From positions 134,044,001 to 134,108,000 of the forward strand of contig NC_043001.1 in assembly GCF_006345805.1 (NCBI RefSeq): a DNA stretch of 64,000 bases, in the 5' to 3' direction. The number at the start of each line of letters is the position of its first letter. Position 1 is the stretch's first letter. A program made the translations under genes and the position numbers. Shown here one piece after another: positions 12,306-24,807 of this stretch. Below the pieces are notes generated by a model. It was not told the DNA's origin and did not search any database. It saw only the letters and a program-made list of their open reading frames with translations. The DNA is from Octopus sinensis. Taxonomy: Eukaryota.

Positions 12306-13733
12306 TAAGGTGAAACTTATAAAGAAAAACCTTTTCTGGCTAGTAATGACTGGTCTGAAAGGTTTAAGAAGTGCTTGAGTTTATACAACATAAAAAATGA
12401 CTGGTAAAGCTGTCAGTGTTGATAAAAGGGTTGCTACTATTATCCTGGGCAGCTGGAAAAAAAAATTATTGCTAAAGGGGGTTACACACCAGAGCAAGTA
12501 TTTAATGATGAAGCAGTAGTTTTCAGTTAGAATGTTTATTTCTTAAGGAAAATCAACATCAGGATATAAAGCTTCCAAAAATCATCCAATGCTTATTCTG
12601 GGCAGAAATACTACTGATGATATTAATTTAAAACCCCCTACTTATGTATCACTCTGAAAATGCAAGGGCTTTCAAGGGTTAGGAAAAGTTTAATTTATCA
12701 TTTAAATAAGAAGGTATGGATGAAAAAAGGCTCTTGTAAAAGTGGTTTACAAACATTTTTTTTGTCTTGCTGGACAAGATACAGTGCCAGACATAATATT
12801 TCCAATAAACATTGCTCCTTTTAGACAATGCACCAAGCCACTTAGTGCACTTAACCCTTTAGTGTTTAAACCGGCTGTATCAGGCCCAAATATTCTACAC
12901 ATTTTATGCTCAAACTGGCCAGAACATGCATCTCACACCTACCCTGCAATGTCATTCTAAAAATAAGCAATTACATCTTTCCTATCTTGAAGGTACAAAA
13001 TAATATCAGATAAATTTTTTTAAATGTGAATAAATAAGGGTTACTGTTGACAAATTAATCTGAACGCTAAAGCTTTCTGATGTGAGCATACAATATATCC
13101 TCAAGAATACAACTTCTTTGTTCCAGGTAATAAGGGGTGATACTTAACTTCAGGGTAAATTATCTGAAAACTTTCAAATGACTTATGAATACAATTGACA
13201 GGAAGGATAAACTTACAGATAAAGAGACTCCTGGAAGAAGTTCAACATAATGTATACTATGAATAACATAGCTGAGTCATGGGATGAAATGAAACCGTCA
13301 ACTATGAATCATTATTTGGTAAAGTGTATGTCCAGACTGTCTGATTTTACAAGTTTTCCACAAGCAGGAAGTCTATATCAAATTCAGAAAGATATTGTGG
13401 CACTTGCAAATAATATAAGGTTTGAAGAAGTTATACAGGATGATGTAGATGAACTACAAGTATCTCATTGTTTATCTGATGCTGTTAGAACAAGAGCAAG
13501 CTAATATTACAAATGACAGAATGGAAATTACACAAAACTCCACTTAAATTAACTGCAAAGAATATTGCTAAATGTTTGGCACTTATACAAGGAAGTCTGC
13601 AAGTTTTTTGCTGGTAACACCTCTAATAGTGAACATAACACAATACGGACAAGAGGAGTTTATAATGGGTTCAATACAATGAGACGATGCATCATAAACA
13701 TCCAAACAATTTTGGATAAGTTTATCATCATCA

Positions 13734-14045
13734 GGCACAATGGCCCAGTGGTTAGGGCAGTGGACTCACGGACGGAGGATCATGGTTTCGATTCCCAGAC
13801 CAGGCGTTGTGTGTGTTTATTGCACGAAAACACCTAAAGCTCCATGAGGCTCCAGCAGGGGGTGGTGGTGACCCCTGTTGTACTCTTTCACCCCAACTTT
13901 CTCCCACTCTTTCTTCCTGTTTCTTGAGTAATGCTGCGATGGACTGGCATCCCGGCCAGCTGGGGGGAACACATATGCCACAGAAACCGGGAAACCGGGC
14001 CCATGAGCCTGGCTAGGCTTGAAAAGGGCGCATAAATAAAATAAA
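13734..14045 (+). mobile_element. SINE family B head with tail type 2 (V-domain-like)
   Basis: Family B head joined to gcgatggactggcatcccggccag..gaaaccgggaaaccgggccc; atcatcatca TSD. Confidence 0.85.
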
Positions 14046-14439
14046 TCATCATCATCAACCATCTACCTTATGATCAAAGAACTATAAAATAGAAAATAGT
14101 GACCCTCACCCTCCCAATAATTTTCATTCCACAATCACCATCCCTCACAAACTTGTCAACATCTTTTGTTGACCTAGTACAATATTATAAGTTTTATTTA
14201 TTCCCTAAAGTATTTCTCTTCAAATGCTTTTATGTATAAATATTGCACTGTGTATGTTTAGAAACTAGTTTTATACATAAAAGTGGTTGTTGTGTTGCTT
14301 GTTGTTTTTCTTTTGAAAACATCTGTAGAAATGTATTATCACTTAATAACATGAATATAAATAGGGAAAATAAATTTTCCAGTACACAATTTCATGTTAC
14401 AAGTTTTTAGGAACACATTACTCCCTAACATGGGGATTC

Positions 14440-14482
<43 letters not shown>

Positions 14483-14728
14483 GTGTGTGTGTGTGTGTAT
14501 GCATGCACACATATCTCCTTGTCTTGACGTCATGTGATGGTGACATTAGTCTTCTGCAAAAAACATGTTTGTCCCAGGGGACAGGAAGGTTATCCAACCT
14601 TAGAAAATTTGCCTTTATGGAGACTATCTGACCAATGCAAGCATGGAAAAGAGGATATTAAAATTATGGTTATATATATATATATATGTATATATAAATT
14701 TAAGTCACAATATATGCATTCAACATTT

Positions 14729-15703
14729 GCTTAGAGTAAAAGGTAGACTGTATGACACAAGTGTACGAACAGCCATGCTACATGGCAGTGAAACATGGGC
14801 CGTGACTGCTGAGGAATGCGTAAGCTTGCAAGAAATGAAGCCAGTATCCTCTACTGGATGTGTAATGTCTGTGCATGCATGACAGAGTGCAAGTGCCCTG
14901 AGAGAAAAGCTGGACCTAAGAAGCATCAGATGTGGTGTGCAAGAGAGACGACTGTGCTGGTATGGTCATGTGTTGCAAATGAAGGAGGACAGCTGAGTGA
15001 AAAAGTGTCACACCCTAGCATTTGAGGGAACCTATGGAAGAGGTAGATCCAGGAAGACCTGGGATGAGGTGGTGAAGCACAACCTTCGAACATTGGGCCT
15101 TACTGAGGCAATGACTAGTGACCAAGACCTTTGGAGATATGCTGTGCTTGAGAAGACCCAACAAGCCAAGTGAAACCATAGCCCATGGTTCATTCATTGG
15201 ACAATAAAATTTGCTTGTGAAGACCTATTGAGGCAAGTGAAATCAAAATCACTGATGTAGCCAATGACAGTACCACCTGATTGGCACTCATGCCAGTGGA
15301 ACGTTAAAAGCCCATCCAAGTGTGATAGTTTCCAGGGCCAAAGATTGGCTCCCGTGCAGGTGGAAAATAAAAAGCACCATTCGAGCATGATTGTTGCCAG
15401 TGGCATGTGAAAAACAACATTTGAGTGTGGTCGTTGCTAGTACCGCTGGACTGGCTCCCGTGCAGATAGCATGTAAAAAACACCTTTTGAGCGTGGTCAT
15501 TGCCAGAACCTCGTGCCAGTGGCACATAACAACACCCACTACACTCTCGGAGTGGTTGGTATTAGGAAGGGCATCCAGCTGTAGAAACTTTGCCAGATCA
15601 GACTGAGCCTGGTGCAGCCTTCTGGCTGACCAGTCCTCAGTCAAACCATCCAACCCATGCCAGCATGGAAAGTGGACATTAAACGACGACGACGATGATG
15701 ATG

Positions 15704-15705
<2 letters not shown>
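14729..15705 (+). mobile_element. 5'-truncated RTE-clade LINE (RT C-terminus plus 3' UTR)
   Basis: RVKGRLYDTSVRTAMLHGSETWAVT..WYGHV..GRGRSRKTWDEVV with stops and frameshift; 3' UTR and (ACG/ATG)n tail. Confidence 0.9.
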
Positions 15706-15776
<71 letters not shown>

Positions 15777-17676
15777 TCTACACACACTCACACATAACAG
15801 TTAAAACAAAGAATTAAAAACATTAGTTTTGCTTAGTAGTTATTTGAAATCATAGCCTGAATGGTGCCAAGGTGCTATTTCATTTGCATCTTTCAGAAAC
15901 TTATCCAATAGATATCAGATGTAACATCCATTCATCTATTCAACCAAAGAAGGTGTCTTAACAATCAGAGATGAAGAGAAAATCTCTTGTACTCAGTATA
16001 CCTCTACCACATTGCTATTTTTGCTAGCTATTTTAGCCATGATGAGAGACAGTACTAATGATGGAGAATTCTGATAACAATAATTACATTTCCCTTCATT
16101 GTGATGAATGGTTTCATACAGACTGTACCATACACATTCACAGTAATTCTTCAGAAAAATAACATTTTCATGACCATTACCAAACTATCACCACCAACAC
16201 CATCACCACAACTATTATCATCATTTTTAACATTGCTTTTCTACATCTTATCACCAAACTGTCTTCATCTTTCATCATCACTTCTCTGAGGTCAGCCCAG
16301 CATCCTCAGATCTCGTTTCACAAATACTGTTTAGAGCCAGAAAGTACTGTTCCCACAATTAGCTTCTGACCCTCTAGAAAGCTTAAGTATCGCCCACAAT
16401 GTAGAACTGTAAGTAGATATGTACTATGATACTTGTTGGATACACCAGGGTACTATTAGTAAATATGGAATAAAGTTACTGTTGCACACACAAAAACATG
16501 CTGTACTCACAACATAGAGTGGCTCAGGTATAGGGAACAAGGCTACCATTACATAAACAGAAGCATCCTGGACTGGTGCCAAAAGAAGACCACCTAAGTG
16601 ATTAGCAAAGATTCATTCAACAGTACACGCCTCTCCCACTCTTCTTTCCTTCATATGCTACCAACTGATGTTCAAACCAAACACTAAATTGTCTCACCAA
16701 TATGGGACAAGGAAGAACGCTCTGAAAAGTCATGGCTACTACTACTACTACTACTACTACACACACACAATGTTCATTTTTCCACAAGGTCAAATGTCTA
16801 AGTGCATTCAAACACTGTGTCATCTTTGGCCTATATCTACTATGGCTAACTTCTTTCACAACTCACAACACTAGTCAGCATTAATCATGCAATGATTGCA
16901 CATACGTACATACAGATGCAGTCACAGCTATGTGGTTAAGAAGATCATTTCACAATCATGTAGATCCTGGTTCCGTCTTACCGTACGTCACCTTAAGTAA
17001 ATGCTTTCAACCTGAGTTTCAGTCTGAGCCATCCTTGTGAGAAAAATTGGATAGAGAGAAATGGTACAGAAGTCCGGCAGATGGATTCTGCCAGTTTTTG
17101 GGTAAAGGATTTAATTTCTTGTCTGGTTTAATACCACTACCTGATCTCTTGATACCATTAGCAGAGTCTACACTGTTGCAAGAATTCACACCAGTCATGT
17201 TAACCCAGGAGTTACTCTGTTAACCCAAGAGTTCTTCTGTTACCCCACCCACCCATCAAGCTTGGACAAGGCCCGACAGAAAAGTTTAGGAATGTTACTC
17301 ATCAGTAAAATCAATGCCAGAATGCAATATTAAAAACTAACTTACTCTGACAATTTGTCCATCCATTGAGCTGTTTTTCTGGTGAATTGTGCAAATTTTC
17401 AGAGACTACAAGAAAAAAACAAAACAAACATGTTTGATATGATATAGAATAATGATGAAACAAAGATTTAACAATATTTATGGAGTCTCACAGTCTCTGA
17501 TAATCATTGATGGAAGCTACCACATCTTATAACATCTCTACAACTACATCAGAAAGGTTAGGGTTACCATATGAGAAATTCTCTTTGCAACCACATGGTT
17601 CCTGATTCAATTCCTCAGTAGCCTCTGCAAGTGGTTTCTAGCATAGTCTCAAACAGATCAATGCCCACAAATGGAA

Positions 17677-17736
17677 TGTATGCATGAGTAAATAGGTAAA
17701 AGCATCTATATGCTTACCTATTTATTCACACATGCA
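17677..17736. ncRNA. Pre-miRNA-like hairpin (candidate only)
   Basis: 22 nt arms tgtatgcatgagtaaataggta / tacctatttattcacacatgca pair at 20 of 22 positions including G-U; 16 nt loop. Confidence 0.25.
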
Positions 17737-18684
17737 GCCGTACGTGTGTGTGGTGCGTGTTTATTCACCATTTTATGTATTTGTCTAACCATCTGTCTGA
17801 AGTGAATACAGTATATACAAACTTTAAACTGGTCCATCTAATTTTCTTAAAGGCACAAGCACTGACAACATTGGTAATTAATTTATAATGCACCACTCAG
17901 TGTTTTTCATTTTAAATATAGTCTTAAGACATCTTTCTTGATGAAAGGGGTATGTTGATCACTCACAAGCAAGTGTGACTAGCTAACATATACTATGCAT
18001 TCACTAATCATTTTAGGTACCTATGTAGTTACAAGCAGACACAAACACACTCTTGACCTGCCAACCAGGCCCCAGTGGAAACATTCATGGTGTGATAGCT
18101 GTAGGTAAGAGCAGTTGGATGGGTACCCTTTTTCACATGAATATACTGGAAAAAGTGAAATAAAGTGCCTTGCTCTAAGAGACAGTTTGCCACTTAGCCC
18201 ACGATTTGAATCCATGAACTTATGAGCATACATCCAACACTCTAGTCACTGGTCATGTGGTGCCTCTGCCTTTCTTGATAAACATACAATTTTAGCCTTA
18301 CTGGAAAAGAATAACATAGTGCCAGAACATGCACTGTTATGTAAATTGAATTGTGTCCTAAGTTGTATCCACTATATTTGGTTCAGATAGATAGATAAAT
18401 AGATATATATAGTCAGAGCAATAGATAGATATCTATGCATAAATAGGTAGACATATATATATATATATGATATAAGGAATGAGAGAGAAATATAGTCTGA
18501 TTTATAGGAAATAAACCTTATCAAGGATCCAATGTCAGCAAAAATTTAGAAGGAAATAAGCAAATATATATATATACATATATATATATATACATAAACA
18601 ATGGTTTATAATCATTCAAAACTAAGTATGAAAATGAAAATATAGCATTTAATAACAATTTATTATCTGCAAAAATCAACCATG

Positions 18685-18771
18685 ACCCCTTACAGCTGTT
18701 TCGATTAGGCCTAATATATTAAATAGTAATTAATAAAATCATTATATTAGGCTAAATCTCATCAGAGGAGT
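18685..18771 (-). ncRNA. Minimal type I hammerhead ribozyme, Penelope-type, intact core
   Basis: Minus strand: ACUCCU-CUGAUGA-GAUU(ua)GCCUAAUAUA..UAUAUUAGGC(cu)AAUC-GAAA-C AGCU G-UA-AGGGGU; 6 bp stem I, 14 bp stem II, palindromic stem III, predicted cleavage after 18691. Confidence 0.85.
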
Positions 18772-19055
18772 AGAAAAAAGATATACCATTTGATTTTTAA
18801 GTGTTGTATTTTAGAATCATCACAGCAGACTGAGTATTATTCTATGGCTAATATTGGCATAATTCCCGGATTAGGAGTTATAGATTGTTTTAGTGGGTAA
18901 TGGATAATATGTGAATATAAGTAGTGTAATAGTGGGTAAATAAATAGAAGTTGAATAGTAAATTACAGTGAATAAGAGTATCATTTGATTGAAGTGAAAA
19001 AGAAGCTACGTCTGGTCACTCAAAATAAAGTGCTCAAAGATAAGTCTAAGACGGA

Positions 19056-19175
19056 ATAAAAAGTATTTAATCCATAATTTTTAATCTGACAAAATATATA
19101 TTCTGTCTTGATGAGCCATAGGTGAAACAGAATATACATTTTGCTGGACTAACAATTAAGGATTAAATATTTTTT

Positions 19176-19178
<3 letters not shown>
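19056..19178 (+). repeat. ~51 bp-arm fold-back capped by a hammerhead-like core
   Basis: Arms 19056-19106 and 19127-19178 are ~80-85% complementary; apex reads GTC TTGATGA GCC ata GGT GAAA C. Confidence 0.8.
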
Positions 19179-19219
<41 letters not shown>

Positions 19220-19639
19220 CATATACTTATTACATATATGTGTATGTATCTATATATGTGTATGTATGTGTGTGTGTGTCTCATTAACATGACACATGTT
19301 TAATAATGGTTTCAAACTTTGGTATTTCAAACTTGGTATTTCAACTGGTACTTATTTTATCAACCCTGAAAGGATGAGTTGATCTCAGTAGAATTTGAAC
19401 TCAGAACATAAGGATGAATAAAATGTCCTTAAGCATTTTCCCCAGTGTGCTTATGATTCTGCCAACTCACCTCCTTATGAATGTTTACTAATGCTACTTC
19501 ATGCATTTCCTTTTTGTTGTGTGTGTGTGTGTGTTGATATTTATATATATGCATGTGTATGTATATCATTATTCCTTTAATTGACCCATTTATTATCCAG
19601 TGGCTGAACACACACTTTATATCATAAACATCACATCTT

Positions 19640-19842
19640 GTCAACATATAATCAATTATGTGATAGCTTCAACACCATTATGTTGTGCATATCATTTATA
19701 ATTGTGACTGCAACACTGTCAAACCATGTGTGTCATAATAATTATGACTTCATCACTATCATATTGAGTATGTCATACATTTATGACTTCAATACTGTCA
19801 TGACGTGTCATACATATTTATGACTTCAGCACTGCCATATTG
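19640..19842. repeat. Degenerate ~40 bp tandem repeat, about 5 units
   Basis: Recurring ttatgacttca.cact.tcat..tgtcata. Confidence 0.6.
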
Positions 19843-20490
19843 TTTAGCATCCCATCCATCCATCTTTGCCCCCTATTTCTGGGAGGGTTGAGACACTTGC
19901 TTCCCAACCACATGGTTCTGGGTTCAGTACCACTGTGTGGCACCTTGGATAAGTGTCTTCTAATATAGCCCTGGGCCATCCAAAGCCTGGTGAGTGGATT
20001 TGGTAGAAGCCAGTTGTATATGTTTGTGTGTTTCCTTCTCTTAACATTACATGGTTGCTGTGAGTGAATGTCATTCATTTCCAATATTCTGTGAAAACAT
20101 GTCTGGCCATGAGGAAATACTAGCTTTCCTAGAAACAGTCAAGTGCTGATGACAGGAAGGGATCTAGCTGTTGAAAATTTGCCTAGTGGATGTTAAAATG
20201 AAGATGATGTCCTGTCAATGACATTCTAGAGAGGGTAAAAAAAATAGCTCCGGTCAATGATCTGGTTATTTAGCCTGAGGTCAGCACTAACTGAACAAAG
20301 ACATTCAAATAACGACCTTCCCACCTTATTTATAGTAATAGCATATCCCAGATTATATTATCCAGTGAGTCCCTTTTAAGTAAAGAGTTATTTGAGGGAA
20401 ATTTGGCTGTTATTTCTAGTTGATACAGTGACCACAGAGAGGTTCTTTCATTAGAATTACATGTAAAGCTACATAGCTGTCTCAATGTTT

Positions 20491-21117
20491 CTATAGCCAT
20501 ACTGCTGTCCCTATAACCGCACAGCTGTCCCTATAGCCACACTGCTGTCCCTATAGCCACACAGCTGTCCCTATAACCGCACAGCTGTCCCTATAGCCAC
20601 ACTGCTGTCCCTATAGCCACACTGCTGTCCCTATAGCCACACTGCTGTCCCTATAACCACACAGCTGTCCCTATAACCACACAGCTGTCCCTATAGCCAC
20701 ACTGCTGTCCCTATAGCCACACTGCTGTCCCTATAACCGCATAGCTGTCCCTATAGCCACACTGCTGTCCCTATAGCCACACTGCTGTCCCTATAACCGC
20801 ATAGCTGTCCCTATAGCCACACTGCTGTCCCTATAGCCACACAGCTGTCCCTATAGCCACACAGCTGTCCCTATAGCCACACAGCTGTCCCTATAGCCAC
20901 ACAGCTGTCCCTATAGCCACACAGCTGTCCCTATAGCCACACTGCTATCCCTATAGCCACACTGCTGTCCCTATAGTCAAATAGCTGCCTCTATAGTCAA
21001 ATAGCTGCCTCTATAGTTAAATAGTTATCTTAATAGTTACATAACTGTCTCCACAGTAACATAACTTTCTCAATAGTTACATAACTTTCTCTATAGTTAT
21101 ATAACTGTCTCTATAAC
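20491..21117. repeat. 20 bp minisatellite (ctatagccacac[a/t]gctgtcc)n
   Basis: ~24 near-identical units at 20491-20970, then ~7 progressively degenerate units. Confidence 0.97.
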
Positions 21118-21290
21118 AATATATTTTCCTGGTTATATAGTTGCATCTATTTCTAATGTGTCCATGGCATAGCTGTCTCACTAATAATATACAAGTCTAG
21201 TTTCTCATTGTTTCAACCCCATCACTTTCAATCCTTTATTTACTTCACTATTTTGGTATCTCAACTTTAGCTCTCAGCTATATTTCTTAC

Positions 21291-21343
21291 CGTAGTAAGT
21301 GATAAGGGCAACACTATGTGAGTCGTTGGGGACAGATCAATGC
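21291..21343 (-). CDS. Candidate 53 bp internal exon
   Basis: atattacag| acceptor, ACG|gtaaga donor, only one open frame (IDLSPTTHIVLPLSLTT). Confidence 0.3.
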
Positions 21344-21682
21344 CTGTAATATGATTTACTTAAGTAGGTGATAGGCCTTTTACACTAACCTACTCAGTGG
21401 TTTCTGCTACTATCTCCCCTAGTAGAACTTATTGTTTGTTTATAAGTAAAAGCGGAAAAAACAAAAACATTTTGTAACCAGAAACACATAATGTTTTTTC
21501 CCTCATTTTCTACATCTTTATTTCTGAAGAAGTAGAAATCTTTTACAGCCAATTATCAAAATAACAGCAATACTAAGAACTTTAACTGCCTAATGTGTCA
21601 TTATATCAGAAAACCTCTCGTCCAAACACAGGCAATGTAAATCTTTTTGTGAAATGTCTCTCACTGGAAATTAACTTCTTAC

Positions 21683-21724
21683 TACTTCCTTTTCCGGCAG
21701 AACAATAGCATTTAAATTTCCTGT
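21683..21724 (-). CDS. Candidate 42 bp internal exon
   Basis: Strong acceptor tcttttcctgttctcag|, donor |gtaaga; frame RKFKCYCSAGKGS is phase-compatible with 21291-21343. Confidence 0.27.
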
Positions 21725-21889
21725 CTGAGAACAGGAAAAGATATTGGTACAATTTACTTCAAAAGTTCATTAATTACATTCCACATTTCAACCTTCAGTA
21801 TTTTTACATAAATACACAAGTATATACGTCTACACACATAAATATATAACTGTACATACATACTCACACATATACATACAAGAATATAT

Positions 21890-21949
<60 letters not shown>

Positions 21950-22121
21950 TAGTGTGTGTATGTATGTGTACACTTACTTATACATACACAAATACACATC
22001 TACATGCAGATACTCAATGATAAAATGAATGTATATATGTGTATATACATTTGTAAGGTTGCATATATATATATATGTGTGTGTGTGTATGTATGTATAT
22101 ATATATAGCTATGTACACACT

Positions 22122-22185
<64 letters not shown>

Positions 22186-22794
22186 GCAACCTTACAAACA
22201 CAATATATTTAGATGACATTTCTGGTTATATCATTAAAAATAGCACTATATGTGGTTATACACATGACAAACAGACAGATAAGTTTAAGCTTGTGTAACG
22301 CACACAGCCATTTTAGCAGAATTGCCGAAGGTTCAACTGAATGAAATGCAAACATGCTAATTAGGCAATTTCGCCAATGCTTGTTTAGTAATTACTGTTG
22401 TAACAAGCACTGAACACTCTTTTAACATGATTTAATTTTTTGCTCTTTCTTGTGATTGTCTTTGCTTTCTATATTTTAATGGTTTGACTGACATTGGTAA
22501 AGGTCTGAGAATATTGTATAGTCAGACCATCATCATATTGAATCTTCTGAAGACAGAAAAACTATATTCTAGGACTAATGAACTGGTAGAATGGTAACAG
22601 AATGGTAAAAACTTCAAATTTGATATTTGCCAGTTGTAATATATTCAAAGACTACAGTTTGGTAGTTCAAGTCTTACCGTGGTCACTAAAAAGACTTTGG
22701 CACTACAAATTAAAAAAACCCACATCAGTTTTACAATGCTGCCACTGCTTGCAACAGTGAACTGTTTGTGGGTATCAGGAATTTCTATAAACAT

Positions 22795-23227
22795 CAAACC
22801 AAATCAAAATAGATGAACATCAATGGAATTTGTATCTTTGTGGTACCAGTGCCGGTGGCACATAAGAAAACCATCCGAACGTGGCCGTAGCTAGTACCGC
22901 ATCGACTGGCCTCCGTGCTGTGGGCACGTAACAAACACCATCCGATCGTGGCCATTCGCCAGCCTCGTCTGGCACCTGTGTTGGTGGCACATAAAAAACG
23001 CCATCCGAGCGTGGCCGTTCGCCAGCCTCGTCTGGCACCTGTGTCAGTGGCACATAAAATCACCCACTACACTCTCGGAGTGGTTGGCGTTAGGAAGGGC
23101 ATCCAGCTGTAGAAACACTGCCAGATCTGACTGGCCTCGTGCAGCCTTCGGGCTTCCCAGACCCCAGTTGAACCGTCCAACCCATGCTAGCATGGAAAGC
23201 GGACGTTAAACGATGATGATGATGATG
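22795..23227 (+). mobile_element. RTE LINE 3' UTR fragment
   Basis: Near-identical to 41806-42311 and 47940-48400 (reverse complement); (GAT)n tail. Confidence 0.9.
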
Positions 23228-23620
23228 ACATGACCACTAGAATCTTTCAGTTCTGTGAACAATGATACACACAATGCTTACCATAGTGTTCCTGGTTCAG
23301 TTCTTAGGTACCTTGAGCATAAGTCTTCAACCATAGGCTTCATACTGACCTGTATCTATCTATCAATGAAATTTGGTCAGCAAAAGTTGTACAGAATTGT
23401 GAGTGTGAGTGTGCACATAACCAATAAGCAAAGGCATGTTTGTGTGGTCAACAAATTTATTTGACAGCCATGTGGTTTCAGGTTGAATCCAACCATGCAC
23501 AATTTGGGTAAGTGTCTTTATTATAGCCTAAGGTTGATGAATGCCTTGTGAGTGAAATTTGCCAGGCAGAAACTGTGCAGAAGCCCGTGGTGTGTGTGTG
23601 TGTGCGAGCGAGCACACACA

Positions 23621-23814
23621 GGCGGCGAGCTGGCAGAATCGTTAGCACATCGGGCAAAATGCTTAGCGGTATTTCGGCTGCCGTTACGTTGTGAGTTCAA
23701 ATTCCCCCCAGCTCGACTTTGCCTTTCATCCTTTCGGGGTCGATGTCGATGTAATCGACTTAATACCTATGTTTGTCCCCTCTATGTTTAGCCCCTTGTG
23801 GGTAATAAAGAAAT
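23621..23814 (+). mobile_element. SINE family C
   Basis: ggcggcgagctggcagaatcgttagc head; gccccttgtgggtaataaagaaat end. Confidence 0.85.
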
Positions 23815-24512
23815 AGGTGTGTGTGTGTGTGTGTGCACACGCATGCGTGCATGTGTCTTTCATTGATGAAATATGTACACGTCAGTGGGGGAAAACCAAT
23901 AGAAATGGTATTTTCAAGCAAAAATACCTCATGTAGTATCGGTTCCACCCAAACTGCACAGACCTCCCTTACCACTGTCACCATAATAAAAGCAATGAGC
24001 CAGTGAATGGTCTGTTGATAACACATGTAACTAAGTTATTATTCCCAGAAGACAACATGTGACTAATAAAGCTGTTATTTACAAAACTCTGATATGGAAA
24101 TTTAACACAAATTTAAACAATTACTCTGACAGGGAAATGTTAACCAAATTCAGTTCCCATATTTTATATATTCTCCCTACACTTACATAGCTTCCCATTC
24201 TTATAGCTTCCATATTCTTATATTCATATTCTTAATATTCTTATCCTCATTGTCATCATCAGCATCATCATAATTGTTGTTTTAATATCCACTTTTCCAT
24301 GCTTGTATGAGTCAGACAGATTTTGTTGAGGTGAATTTTCTACAGCTGGATGCTCTTCCTGTTGCCAACCTGCATTTGTTTCCAAGCAAGATAATATTTC
24401 CCCATGGTTAGACAGGTTTCCACAAACGATTGAGAACAAAAGACAAGATGGTAATACTAGCAACTTTCATGTGATGTCGAGGCCAAAAGACACTAACGCA
24501 CAAACACACATG

Positions 24513-24807
24513 CAGTAAGATCTCAGTTTACAAACACCTCATCACAAACAAATCAGTTTAGAAACAATTTTTCAAACATAAAACGTCTCAGGTGATGGAT
24601 GGCATCTTGAGTAACAAACACACAAGCCTACAACAAGGTGACAGGCTGGGAGTATCAGTAGATAAGCAACAGTTGCTGTTTAGCATTAGCTCAGTGTACA
24701 TCCTTGCTCGAATTCACTGTAGCTTCTCTTGAATTTTGGTTAATGAACATTTCAGGTGATGAACAGCCTTCAAGAACAAATTAAATTCATAAGCCAAGAT
24801 TGAAATG
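24513..24807. mobile_element. Degenerate Tigger-type MITE splitting an older repeat
   Basis: Decayed TIRs cagtaagatctcagtttacaaac / attcataagccaagattgaaatg|ta. Confidence 0.55.

Larger units (their letters stand above)
11520..14444 (+). mobile_element. Fossil Tigger/pogo DNA transposon with nested LINE tail, MITE and SINE
   Basis: Frame-broken remnants KSITLDMKLDVLK, FLASNDWSERFKK, GYTPEQVFN.DE, MYHSENARAFKG; right end ggggattcctctg; left boundary uncertain. Confidence 0.78.

Noticed and set aside
20491-21117. CRISPR-like regular array
   Set aside because: No unique spacers and eukaryotic context; a plain minisatellite
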